64,000 nucleotides of DNA from Azolla caroliniana (taxonomy: Eukaryota; Plantae; Polypodiophyta). The DNA is taken from contig JBHGNT010000002.1 in assembly GCA_043228905.1 (NCBI GenBank), positions 7,874,001 through 7,938,000 of the forward strand, given 5' to 3'. Below are positions 25,501-39,100 of this stretch, in pieces. The position numbers and the translations under genes are program-made. How positions within the stretch are numbered: position 1 is the stretch's first letter; each line of letters starts with the position of its first letter. The notes under the pieces are model-generated. The model ran no database searches and was not told the origin of the DNA. It saw nothing but the letters and a program-made list of their open reading frames with translations.

Positions 25501-28434
25501 AGTATTACTGAATTCAATATTTAAATTTATTTTTATATCGTGAAGCAAATCCTTCACGACAACGGGACGGATAAAGCCAACTCTCAGCAACTTATCAATT
25601 TCCTCCTTCACTTTGGCGGCGTAGTTCGGATTCATCCGGTATCGTCGTTGTGCTACCGGTTTGGCCTCCTTGCTCAAATGTATCTGATGCTGATATAGCT
25701 AAGGATCGAGCCCTCGCATATCCTTGTAGGACCAGGCAAACACATCCCGAAACTCCGTGAGAAGTGTAATCATCGCTGTTTTGTTCTCCGTAGTCATTTC
25801 CTTGGCTATCTGCACCGGTCTCGCCTCTTCCGTAGTTCCTAGATTTACCTCCTCTAGTTGGGATGCTTTAACCCGTTGTGATACAGCCATTTCTCTTTCC
25901 AACGCCTCTTGTGCTTGTCGTAGCTCCCGGATCGCCTCTTTATTTGGTTCTTCGTCCGCTCCATCCAGTGGCAGTATGTATGGTGATACAGCTTCAGCTA
26001 CATCAATTTCGAACAAGGGTACTATCTTCGGGTTATCTTGTAAGTATTGATCCACCTCTTTGTTTGCTAATCCATCCAACATATTGACACATTCGGCATA
26101 TAGGGGTGTTAATTCCTTCCCGGTACCCGTCCGTGGTTGTGTTGGTACCCGTACTTTTGCTTTTCCCCGCCGGAAGGTGATTATGTTCTTCCTCCAATTT
26201 TGTTTAATGTGAGTCGTTTTTAGCCACGGCCGTCCCAACAATAGCGGGTACGTTCCTTGTGCCTGTAATTGTAGCACTACTGTCGAGATGCGAAATGTGT
26301 GGCCGCCAATTGTTACTTCCAAATCTCGTATCAAGCCGGTCGGTCGCACTGAGCTTGTATCCGCCATGGTTCCCACTCTTGGATTCCCAAGGTTGTGCAT
26401 GTTCGGAGGCTAATCACATTGACGCCATATCCTCCATCTATTACTATTCCGGGTAACTCCTTTCCCTTCACGATGGCCGTGATCGCCGGACTGTTTGTGT
26501 CTACCATCGTCGGTCCCTCCTCCGGATTTGAGAAGAATGTTGGTGCCGGTGGTGTTTCTCCTGCCGTCATGCCTATCTTGAGTCCTTCTGTGAACCTGGG
26601 CACTAGTTGCAGGAGCCGTCCTAACGGCAGCGTGATTTGGCACTCTTGCAATACCTGCCATGTCGCATTTTCGGTTTGAATGCCGTCAGCGAGCTCTTCG
26701 GTGTTCTCCTTTTGTTGCGCAAGTTCTGCTATGTTTCACTCATTTTCCTTTTTCACCCATTCCGTTGCCTGCTTCTGGATGGCCTCTTGTGTTTCCCATT
26801 CCATCGTCTTGCCTTTCGACCTGGTGGTAACCTGCTGCAGGTCCATGACTTCGGCGACTACCATGTTTACTGTCGGTCGCTTGTCATAGCTCTTTGCCAG
26901 ACATTGATTACTATAATGTCCTTCTTGCTGGCAATAGTAGCAATATGCTTTCCGGGTATTGCTGGATTCGGCATTGTTTCCTGTACCCGGTGGAGGACTT
27001 GCGGTAACCGCGGGGCTTTGGTCCGGTTGGCTACTTGAGGTGCCTTTTTCCGGTTCACGTGGGTGGCTCCCTTTTTTGAAATGCCGTTTTTTATTAAAGT
27101 TCTTTTTGTTGCAGTACCCTTGACGGGGTTGGTCGTCATATCTCCCATAATCTTCCCGTTGTTGGTGATACCCGGGGGAGTGATCCCAGTTGTGATGCTC
27201 GTACTGTCCGTTGTAATCTCGAAACTCGTCATATCTCTTGTACCAGTCATAGTTCTCTTGCCGATTGTCGTACTGGACATCCTGTGCCGGTCAATATCGC
27301 TCCTCTTGCCGCGAGCGTTCGTCTTCTTCGTCTCGGCTGCTACGTGGCTCGATTTGCCAGATTGGTGGTGCTTGCCGATTCAATAAGTTATATTCGCACC
27401 GGTCCATCGTGTGGCTCATAGATTGGCAGAGTAAGCAGTGCGTCCGCCTGGTGCACTCCAGTGACGAGTGTCCGGAATTCAAGCAAGTCGTGCATTGGAT
27501 TGCTTGCCGGAAACGGAGATCCTCATCTGTTGGTAATGCTTGTTGGAGGGCTCCCATTGTTAGCCAAGAGCTCGTTTTCTCCATTTCTCTAACCCGGTCG
27601 ATGACCTGGTCGACGGTGCTTGTGCAAAAGTCGATGACAGTGCATACCATTCGTAGAGGTTCCCAGAGCGCGGCTAAGAATATAGCCCGTGTTTCTTCCT
27701 CCAGAGGTGGGCGGGTAAGCTGACTGTGCATCCATTGAAACCGGATGACAAACTACGAAATGGTCTCCCCGGGGTCCTGCCTAATGGTATAAAATAGGCC
27801 CACCATTTCTCTCTGGTCAACCTCCTTCTGAAAGAAATGCAAGAATTTATCTTTCTGGTCCGCAAAGGTGGTAATGGTGTTGCGGTCCTGCGTCCGATGC
27901 CATCTGGCGGCCGGTCCTTCCAATGTCATGCCGAATTCGGCTATCTTAGATCGTTCCTCTTCGGTCGCAGTTAACCGTTGTGACACATGGTTCGCCTCCC
28001 ATGTTTGTTGAAACACGTGAACATGAGCCTCCGCGTCCGGATCATCCCTATACTTGGAGTACTACAACGGCATCTCGTCGTCCGGTGTCGGTACTCGGGC
28101 TGGCGGTGTCGGTGGTCTTTCCTGATGTTCCGTCGGCGTCGGAGGTCTTTGTCGGTCTTCCTTTGGTGTTGCCTGCTCAACTTCAGGTGTTGGGGGTTTT
28201 TGCCGGTCTTCTTCCGTCTCCGGACGTTGCTCCACGTCTAGTGCCGGAGGTTCCCGGTCTGCTAACTCTGGTTCCGGTGTCGGTAATGTATCCAACTCCT
28301 CGTCCTCCAATCCTCCTGGGGTGTCGTTACTGCTGCAATAGTTCGTATGCGCGTTGTAACCCCCTTCCAAATGCCATTCCAGCGTTGAAAATGCTTCGGA
28401 TTCGCCGTCTCTTCCGGCCAAGGTCTGGAGAAGG

Positions 28435-31400
28435 GATTCCGCTTCCCGGTGTCGTGAAAATACGACGAGGATACGTGAACGTTGAGGCAAGACCCCGGGC
28501 CTTTGTCTAAAGGATATCAAATTCGTGTATTTATATACTAAGAATTAACCGAAATGAGAAAGATTAACAAATTTCATTAATAAAAGGGAAAGAAAGATTA
28601 CAATCAATCCCAAGATTGGGATTACAAAAGTTTTATCTTATGGAGATTATTAGAATAATAGATTAGAGGAAATAAGAGATTATGATTCTTGAGTGATATG
28701 GCTTTGACAAGGAATTTTGGATTTTGAGAGATTGCTTCCGTATGGAAATTATGGTTTACTTGAGATTCCGCTTCCCGGTGTCGCGAAAATACGACGAGGA
28801 TACGTGAACGTTGAGGCAAGACCCCGGGCCTTTGTCTAAAGGATATCAAATTCGTGTATTTATATACTAAGAATTAACCGAAATGAGAAAGATTAACAAA
28901 TTTCATTAATAAAAGGGAAAGAAAGATTACAATCAATCCCAAGATTGGGATTACAAAAGTTTTATCTTATGGAGATTATTAGAATAATAGATTAGAGGAA
29001 ATAAGAGATTATGATTCTTGAGTGATATGGCTTTGACAAGGAATTTTGGATTTTGAGAGATTGCTTCCGTATGGAAATTATGGTTTACTTGAGATTCCGC
29101 TTCCCGGTGTCGCGAAAATACGACGAGGATACGTGAACGTTGAGGCAAGACCCCGGGCCTTTGTCTAAAGGATATCAAATTCGTGTATTTATATACTAAG
29201 AATTAACCGAAATGAGAAAGATTAACAAATTTCATTAATAAAAGGGAAAGAAAGATTACAATCAATCCCAAGATTGGGATTACAAAAGTTTTATCTTATG
29301 GAGATTATTAGAATAATAGATTAGAGGAAATAAGAGATTATGATTCTTGAGTGATATGGCTTTGACAAGGAATTTTGGATTTTGAGAGATTGCTTCCGTA
29401 TGGAAATTATGGTTTACTTGAGATTCCGCTTCCCGGTGTCGCGAAAATACGACGAGGATACGTGAACGTTGAGGCAAGACCCCGAGCCTTTGTCTAAAGG
29501 ATATCAAATTCGTGTATTTATATACTAAGAATTAACCGAAATGAGAAAGATTAACAAATTTCATTAATAAAAGGGAAAGAAAGATTACAATCAATCCCAA
29601 GATTGGGATTACAAAAGTTTTATCTTATGGAGATTATTAGAATAATAGATTAGAGGAAATAAGAGATTATGATTCTTGAGTGATATGGCTTTGACAAGGA
29701 ATTTTGGATTTTGAGAGATTGCTTCCGTATGGAAATTATGGTTTACTTGAGATTCCGCTTCCCGGTGTCGCGAAAATACGACGAGGATACGTGAACGTTG
29801 AGGCAAGACCCCGGGCCTTTGTCTAAAGGATATCAAATTCGTGTATTTATATACTAAGAATTAACCGAAATGAGAAAGATTAACAAATTTCATTAATAAA
29901 AGGGAAAGAAAGATTACAATCAATCCCAAGATTGGGATTACAAAAGTTTTATCTTATGGAGATTATTAGAATAATAGATTAGAGGAAATAAGAGATTATG
30001 ATTCTTGAGTGATATGGCTTTGACAAGGAATTTTGGATTTTGAGAGATTGCTTCCGTATGGAAATTATGGTTTACTTGAGATTCCGCTTCCCGGTGTCGC
30101 GAAAATACGACGAGGATACGTGAACGTTGAGGCAAGACCCCGGGCCTTTGTCTAAAGGATATCAAATTCGTGTATTTATATACTAAGAATTAACCGAAAT
30201 GAGAAAGATTAACAAATTTCATTAATAAAAGGGAAAGAAAGATTACAATCAATCCCAAGATTGGGATTACAAAAGTTTTATCTTATGGAGATTATTAGAA
30301 TAATAGATTAGAGGAAATAAGAGATTATGATTCTTGAGTGATATGGCTTTGACAAGGAATTTTGGATTTTGAGAGATTGCTTCCGTATGGAAATTATGGT
30401 TTACTTGAGATTCCGCTTCCCGGTGTCGCGAAAATACGACGAGGATACGTGAACGTTGAGGCAAGACCCCGAGCCTTTGTCTAAAGGATATCAAATTCGT
30501 GTATTTATATACTAAGAATTAACCGAAATGAGAAAGATTAACAAATTTCATTAATAAAAGGGAAAGAAAGATTACAATCAATCCCAAGATTGGGATTACA
30601 AAAGTTTTATCTTATGGAGATTATTAGAATAATAGATTAGAGGAAATAAGAGATTATGATTCTTGAGTGATATGGCTTTGACAAGGAATTTTGGATTTTG
30701 AGAGATTGCTTCCGTATGGAAATTATGGTTTACTTGAGATTCCGCTTCCCGGTGTCGCGAAAATACGACGAGGATACGTGAACGTTGAGGCAAGACCCCG
30801 GGCCTTTGTCTAAAGGATATCAAATTCGTGTATTTATATACTAAGAATTAACCGAAATGAGAAAGATTAACAAATTTCATTAATAAAAGGGAAAGAAAGA
30901 TTACAATCAATCCCAAGATTGGGATTACAAAAGTTTTATCTTATGGAGATTATTAGAATAATAGATTAGAGGAAATAAGAGATTATGATTCTTGAGTGAT
31001 ATGGCTTTGACAAGGAATTTTGGATTTTGAGAGATTGCTTCCGTATGGAAATTATGGTTTACTTGAGATTCCGCTTCCCGGTGTCGCGAAAATACGACGA
31101 GGATACGTGAACGTTGAGGCAAGACCCCGGGCCTTTGTATAAAGGATATCAAATTCGTGTATTTATATACTAAGAATTAACCGAAATGAGAAAGATTAAC
31201 AAATTTCATTAATAAAAGGGAAAGAAAGATTACAATCAATCCCAAGATTGGGATTACAAAAGTTTTATCTTATGGAGATTATTAGAATAATAGATTAGAG
31301 GAAATAAGAGATTATGATTCTTGAGTGATATGGCTTTGACAAGGAATTTTGGATTTTGAGAGATTGCTTCCGTATGGAAATTATGGTTTACTTGAGATTC

Positions 31401-34400
31401 CGCTTCCCGGTGTCGCGAAAATACGACGAGGATACGTGAACGTTGAGGCAAGACCCCGGGCCTTTGTCTAAAGGATATCAAATTCGTGTATTTATATACT
31501 AAGAATTAACCGAAATGAGAAAGATTAACAAATTTCATTAATAAAAGGGAAAGAAAGATTACAATCAATCCCAAGATTGGGATTACAAAAGTTTTATCTT
31601 ATGGAGATTATTAGAATAATAGATTAGAGGAAATAAGAGATTATGATTCTTGAGTGATATGGCTTTGACAAGGAATTTTGGATTTTGAGAGATTGCTTCC
31701 GTATGGAAATTATGGTTTACTTGAGATTCCGCTTCCCGGTGTCGCGAAAATACGACGAGGATACGTGAACGTTGAGGCAAGACCCCGGGCCTTTGTCTAA
31801 AGGATATCAAATTCGTGTATTTATATACTAAGAATTAACCGAAATGAGAAAGATTAACAAATTTCATTAATAAAAGGGAAAGAAAGATTACAATCAATCC
31901 CAAGATTGGGATTACAAAAGTTTTATCTTATGGAGATTATTAGAATAATAGATTAGAGGAAATAAGAGATTATGATTCTTGAGTGATATGGCTTTGACAA
32001 GGAATTTTGGATTTTGAGAGATTGCTTCCGTATGGAAATTATGGTTTACTTGAGATTCCGCTTCCCGGTGTCGCGAAAATACGACGAGGATACGTGAACG
32101 TTGAGGCAAGACCCCGGGCCTTTGTCTAAAGGATATCAAATTCGTGTATTTATATACTAAGAATTAACCGAAATGAGAAAGATTAACAAATTTCATTAAT
32201 AAAAGGGAAAGAAAGATTACAATCAATCCCAAGATTGGGATTACAAAAGTTTTATCTTATGGAGATTATTAGAATAATAGATTAGAGGAAATAAGAGATT
32301 ATGATTCTTGAGTGATATGGCTTTGACAAGGAATTTTGGATTTTGAGAGATTGCTTCCGTATGGAAATTATGGTTTACTTGAGATTCCGCTTCCCGGTGT
32401 CGCGAAAATACGACGAGGATACGTGAACGTTGAGGCAAGACCCCGAGCCTTTGTCTAAAGGATATCAAATTCGTGTATTTATATACTAAGAATTAACCGA
32501 AATGAGAAAGATTAACAAATTTCATTAATAAAAGGGAAAGAAAGATTACAATCAATCCCAAGATTGGGATTACAAAAGTTTTATCTTATGGAGATTATTA
32601 GAATAATAGATTAGAGGAAATAAGAGATTATGATTCTTGAGTGATATGGCTTTGACAAGGAATTTTGGATTTTGAGAGATTGCTTCCGTATGGAAATTAT
32701 GGTTTACTTGAGATTCCGCTTCCCGGTGTCGCGAAAATACGACGAGGATACGTGAACGTTGAGGCAAGACCCCGGGCCTTTGTCTAAAGGATATCAAATT
32801 CGTGTATTTATATACTAAGAATTAACCGAAATGAGAAAGATTAACAAATTTCATTAATAAAAGGGAAAGAAAGATTACAATCAATCCCAAGATTGGGATT
32901 ACAAAAGTTTTATCTTATGGAGATTATTAGAATAATAGATTAGAGGAAATAAGAGATTATGATTCTTGAGTGATATGGCTTTGACAAGGAATTTTGGATT
33001 TTGAGAGATTGCTTCCGTATGGAAATTATGGTTTACTTGAGATTCCGCTTCCCGGTGTCGCGAAAATACGACGAGGATACGTGAACGTTGAGGCAAGACC
33101 CCGAGCCTTTGTCTAAAGGATATCAAATTCGTGTATTTATATACTAAGAATTAACCGAAATGAGAAAGATTAACAAATTTCATTAATAAAAGGGAAAGAA
33201 AGATTACAATCAATCCCAAGATTGGGATTACAAAAGTTTTATCTTATGGAGATTATTAGAATAATAGATTAGAGGAAATAAGAGATTATGATTCTTGAGT
33301 GATATGGCTTTGACAAGGAATTTTGGATTTTGAGAGATTGCTTCCGTATGGAAATTATGGTTTACTTGAGATTCCGCTTCCCGGTGTCGCGAAAATACGA
33401 CGAGGATACGTGAACGTTGAGGCAAGACCCCGGGCCTTTGTCTAAAGGATATCAAATTCGTGTATTTATATACTAAGAATTAACCGAAATGAGAAAGATT
33501 AACAAATTTCATTAATAAAAGGGAAAGAAAGATTACAATCAATCCCAAGATTGGGATTACAAAAGTTTTATCTTATGGAGATTATTAGAATAATAGATTA
33601 GAGGAAATAAGAGATTATGATTCTTGAGTGATATGGCTTTGACAAGGAATTTTGGATTTTGAGAGATTGCTTCCGTATGGAAATTATGGTTTACTTGAGA
33701 TTCCGCTTCCCGGTGTCGCGAAAATACGACGAGGATACGTGAACGTTGAGGCAAGACCCCGGGCCTTTGTCTAAAGGATATCAAATTCGTGTATTTATAT
33801 ACTAAGAATTAACCGAAATGAGAAAGATTAACAAATTTCATTAATAAAAGGGAAAGAAAGATTACAATCAATCCCAAGATTGGGATTACAAAAGTTTTAT
33901 CTTATGGAGATTATTAGAATAATAGATTAGAGGAAATAAGAGATTATGATTCTTGAGTGATATGGCTTTGACAAGGAATTTTGGATTTTGAGAGATTGCT
34001 TCCGTATGGAAATTATGGTTTACTTGAGATTCCGCTTCCCGGTGTCGCGAAAATACGACGAGGATACGTGAACGTTGAGGCAAGACCCCGGGCCTTTGTC
34101 TAAAGGATATCAAATTCGTGTATTTATATACTAAGAATTAACCGAAATGAGAAAGATTAACAAATTTCATTAATAAAAGGGAAAGAAAGATTACAATCAA
34201 TCCCAAGATTGGGATTACAAAAGTTTTATCTTATGGAGATTATTAGAATAATAGATTAGAGGAAATAAGAGATTATGATTCTTGAGTGATATGGCTTTGA
34301 CAAGGAATTTTGGATTTTGAGAGATTGCTTCCGTATGGAAATTATGGTTTACTTGAGATTCCGCTTCCCGGTGTCGCGAAAATACGACGAGGATACGTGA

Positions 34401-35704
34401 ACGTTGAGGCAAGACCCCGAGCCTTTGTCTAAAGGATATCAAATTCGTGTATTTATATACTAAGAATTAACCGAAATGAGAAAGATTAACAAATTTCATT
34501 AATAAAAGGGAAAGAAAGATTACAATCAATCCCAAGATTGGGATTACAAAAGTTTTATCTTATGGAGATTATTAGAATAATAGATTAGAGGAAATAAGAG
34601 ATTATGATTCTTGAGTGATATGGCTTTGACAAGGAATTTTGGATTTTGAGAGATTGCTTCCGTATGGAAATTATGGTTTACTTGAGATTCCGCTTCCCGG
34701 TGTCGCGAAAATACGACGAGGATACGTGAACGTTGAGGCAAGACCCCGGGCCTTTGTCTAAAGGATATCAAATTCGTGTATTTATATACTAAGAATTAAC
34801 CGAAATGAGAAAGATTAACAAATTTCATTAATAAAAGGGAAAGAAAGATTACAATCAATCCCAAGATTGGGATTACAAAAGTTTTATCTTATGGAGATTA
34901 TTAGAATAATAGATTAGAGGAAATAAGAGATTATGATTCTTGAGTGATATGGCTTTGACAAGGAATTTTGGATTTTGAGAGATTGCTTCCGTATGGAAAT
35001 TATGGTTTACTTGAGATTCCGCTTCCCGGTGTCGCGAAAATACGACGAGGATACGTGAACGTTGAGGCAAGACCCCGGGCCTTTGTCTAAAGGATATCAA
35101 ATTCGTGTATTTATATACTAAGAATTAACCGAAATGAGAAAGATTAACAAATTTCATTAATAAAAGGGAAAGAAAGATTACAATCAATCCCAAGATTGGG
35201 ATTACAAAAGTTTTATCTTATGGAGATTATTAGAATAATAGATTAGAGGAAATAAGAGATTATGATTCTTGAGTGATATGGCTTTGACAAGGAATTTTGG
35301 ATTTTGAGAGATTGCTTCCGTATGGAAATTATGGTTTACTTGAGATTCCGCTTCCCGGTGTCGCGAAAATACGACGAGGATACGTGAACGTTGAGGCAAG
35401 ACCCCGGGCCTTTGTCTAAAGGATATCAAATTCGTGTATTTATATACTAAGAATTAACCGAAATGAGAAAGATTAACAAATTTCATTAATAAAAGGGAAA
35501 GAAAGATTACAATCAATCCCAAGATTGGGATTACAAAAGTTTTATCTTATGGAGATTATTAGAATAATAGATTAGAGGAAATAAGAGATTATGATTCTTG
35601 AGTGATATGGCTTTGACAAGGAATTTTGGATTTTGAGAGATTGCTTCCGTATGGAAATTATGGTTTACTTGAGATTCCGCTTCCCGGTGTCGCGAAAATA
35701 CGAC
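28435..35704. repeat. 329-bp tandem satellite, left block: 22 full monomers plus 32 bp
   Basis: Exact 329-bp period (the ORF track repeats every 329 bp). Monomer = 15 bp of element D gag (gattccgcttcccgg) plus 314 bp of the family-A LTR end. Confidence 0.98.
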
Positions 35705-35837
35705 TGTCAGGAACTCTATTAAGGCAGAGAAGGAATTAGTACTAAAAGAAGGATTAGTACTATTGTTGGGGAATAGTACTAAGACAGAGAAGGATTAGTA
35801 CTATGAGAGGTGTCGAACTTTGAGAGAAGGAATGAGT

Positions 35838-35887
<50 letters not shown>

Positions 35888-36177
35888 TGATGCGAAAGAT
35901 ATATGTATTATCTGACGGAAGATATACATTAGTAGTTAGAAGGCTTAAGACTGGCGTTGAACCGATTTGGTTCGAACTAATGCCTTGCGCCTCCTTTTAT
36001 AGTGTCTTCAGGAATACTCCTGAAGTTTCTAGAATGTTCCAGAGAAATCTGGAATATACATCAATTTCCTAATAAAACCTAAATGAAAATAATATCCTTC
36101 AAATTACAACTCATAACCTAATGGTAAAGTCTCGACCCGTGTAACAAAAGGTTATGGGTTCGAGTCTAGTTATGACA
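35705..36177 (-). repeat. C1 3' LTR (473 bp), (GA)21
   Basis: Differs visibly from the 5' LTR only in GA number, a 2-nt substitution and a 2-nt indel. Confidence 0.95.
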
Positions 36178-39100
36178 CTATCCCCCCTTTAAAACGACGA
36201 GTTTCACGAGTCGTTTTGGATTGAGGACCCGGTTTCTCGGGATATCGTCGATGGAAGTCTTCTAGAAGAGCACGAGCATTGGTCACATTCTCGATCGGTT
36301 CCCAAGTACGCTCGCTGGGACTATATCCTAGCCAATCGACTAGATAGTAGAGCTTGTTGCGAACAATCTTGGAATCGAGGATGGCAGCGACCTCATACTC
36401 AGGTCCATCTTCGAGCTCGATAGGAGGTGGAGGTTGTATAGTACGTCCTGGGATAGTGCTCTCGTGATAGGGTTCGAGGAGAGAACTATGAAACACCGGG
36501 TGTATCCGAAGTTGCGGAGGTAGCTCGAGACGAAAAGCGACATCATTAATCTTCCCGATAATACGGAAAGGACCTAATCGTCGATAATCCAACTTCTCAC
36601 ATGGGCGAGTGGTCTTGATGTGTCGTCGTAGCAGCCACACCCGATCTCCAATGTTAAAACTGGATGGAAGTCGATGACGATCTGCGTAGTCCTTGTGTGA
36701 TTGTTGAGCTTGCTGGAGTTGAGTAGATAAATCCGCTTGTATCTTGCGTAACCGCTCCAAACGATCCTCCGCGTAAGGATTTGTGGACACTTCTGGGGTT
36801 TCAAGGACACACCACCGGGGATGATATCCCGTATAAGCGTAGAATGGCGTGACTTTAGTCGATGCGTGGATAGCGTTATTATAGGCAAATTCGGCGAACG
36901 GAAGAATATCTGCCCAGTCATTCTGATGATAGTTGAGAAAGCACCGCAGATACTGCTCCAGTGTTTGATTTGTTCGTTCGGCTTGACCGTCGGTTTGTGG
37001 GTGGTAGCCGGAGGAGAGGTTACAAGTGACCTTCAGCATTTTAAAAAGGTGCTTCCAGAATTTTGACACAAACTGGGGTCCACGATCGCTGATGATATTA
37101 TCAGGGAGTCCATGATGCCGACATACTTCCCGCATGACAATTTCGGCGGTGTCTTCACTAGATATTTCTTTAGTACATGGTAAGAAATGAGCCATCTTCG
37201 TATATCGATCCACCACTGTGAGAATCGCACTGAATCCCTTAGAGACTGGAAGATCTGTAATGAAGTCAAGAGCAATGGATTGCCATGGCTTGCTTGGAAT
37301 TGGTAATGGTTCTAATAAACCATATGGATGATGTCTTGGCATTTTCGCTCTGCAGCATGTATCGCAAGTCCGAACAAAATCTTCGACAAATTGTCGCATA
37401 CGGGGCCACCAGAATGATCGTTGTACTAAATCTAATGTTTTAGTACTACCAAAATGTCCTGCTGTATATGTGTCATGGCAGTTTTGTACTACTCGAAGGC
37501 GGCAAGAACCATTAGGAACATACAAAAGTTCTTTAAAGAAGAGTAATCCATCACAGTATTTGAATTGCCGATAATCCGTACCTGGTGATTGTGATTGTGA
37601 ACATGACGCTCGAGAGGGGTCAATTTGTGCTAGTATAGCTTGGGCGAAAGCGTCAGTCTTCAAGTCCTCACGTATAGTATTGGTAATGTCGGAATCCACG
37701 GGCATGTCAAAGATCTGTGCTGCTTGCAGTCGTGCTGGACCCAAGATTACTTGCTTCTGGTTATCGAAAGCTGGCTCACCGGGACGTGGTGTTAGATACG
37801 AACGCCGTGATAATGCATCTGCCTTCCCTTGGTGCTTCCCCGGACGATATGTAATTTTGAAGTCGAAGCGTGTGAGGAAATGGGCCCACCGAGCTTGACG
37901 TCGATTCAGTACACGAGCATCTTGAAAGTAGGCAAGGTTCTTGTGGTCACTGAATACAGTGACCTGATGAGGAGATCCCTCCAGGAAATGCCTCCATTGC
38001 ATAAAAGAATCAACTATTGCTAATAGCTCTTTATCATGAATTTCGTAGTTGATTTCGGCGGCGTCAAACTTACGGGAGTGGAAAGCCACAGGATGTAGCT
38101 TCTCGTCGTTACCCTGTTGTGACAGAATGCTCCCCAATGCGAAATCCGATGCATCAGCTTCGATAATGAATGGTTTTTCCGGATCCACATGACCTAAAAT
38201 TGGAGCTGATGTAAACGCCTTCTTAAGACTCTCGAAAGCCATGTCCGTCTCTTTAGACCAAATGAATGATTGTCCCTTCCTGGTGAGCTGTGTGAGAGGC
38301 AGCACAATTTTTGAGTAATTTTGTATGAACTTCCGGTAGAAATTTGCAAAGCCTAGGAAGCATTGCACATCCCGCACCGAACGCGGAGTGTGCCATTCTA
38401 TCACCGTTTTGACCTTGGCTGGGTCCATAGATATGCCTTCTGAGGAGATGACATAGCCGAGAAACTCCACTTGGTTGCACCCGAAACTACATTTCTCTAA
38501 CTTTGCATACAGACCATGTTCTCGAAGTCGTTTTAGTACTAATAGTACATGAGAATCATGTTCTTCTTGGGTCTTTGAATAAACCAGTAGATCATCCAAA
38601 TAGATGATCAAAAAATCATCCAAGAGGTCTCGAAATATATCATTCGCCATGTGCTGGAAGACTGCCGGCGCATTAGTGAGTCCGAACGGCATGACCGTAT
38701 ACTCGAAGTGCCCATATCTGGTGCGAAACGCGGTCTTCCATTCATCTCCTGGTCGGATCCGTACGAGGTTATAGGCTCCTCGTAAGTCGATCTTCGTGAA
38801 GAACCTGGCACCGTTGATCCGTTCTAAAAGACTTGAGATAAGGGGAAGAGCATACCTATTTCTTACTGTGACCTTATTCAAGCCACGGTAATCTACAACG
38901 AGTCGAAGCGAGCCATCTTTTTTCTTGACGAAGAAAATGGGTGCGCCGGCTGGAGATTTCGAATGCCGAATGAAACCGTTCTCCAAATTCTCCTCTATAT
39001 AGGCTCGAAGGACTTCTAGCTCGGTTGGTGACAAATTGTAGATCGGCCCCCATGGCGGCTCTTTTCCCGGTTGTAAGTCGATGGCGCAGTCGTACGGCCG

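Larger units (their letters stand above)
24671..25561. mobile_element. Solo LTR (891 bp), termini TGTCG...CGACA, 4-bp TSD ACGG, inserted in D RT
   Basis: acgg at 24667-24670 and 25562-25565; removal restores GFIRPVKKSTW. Contains a (GT)n(GA)n microsatellite at ~24808-24843. Confidence 0.88.
22413..28449 (-). pseudogene. Element D gag-pol; RT split by a solo LTR, integrase with internal deletion
   Basis: ORFs 27291-27731 (gag, two CCHC-like knuckles), 26331-26651 (PR), 25489-26400, 23790-24461 (RT/RH) and 22413-23426 (INT lacking the H2C2 finger and core N-terminus at the RLAA|QRWYG join). Confidence 0.85.
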
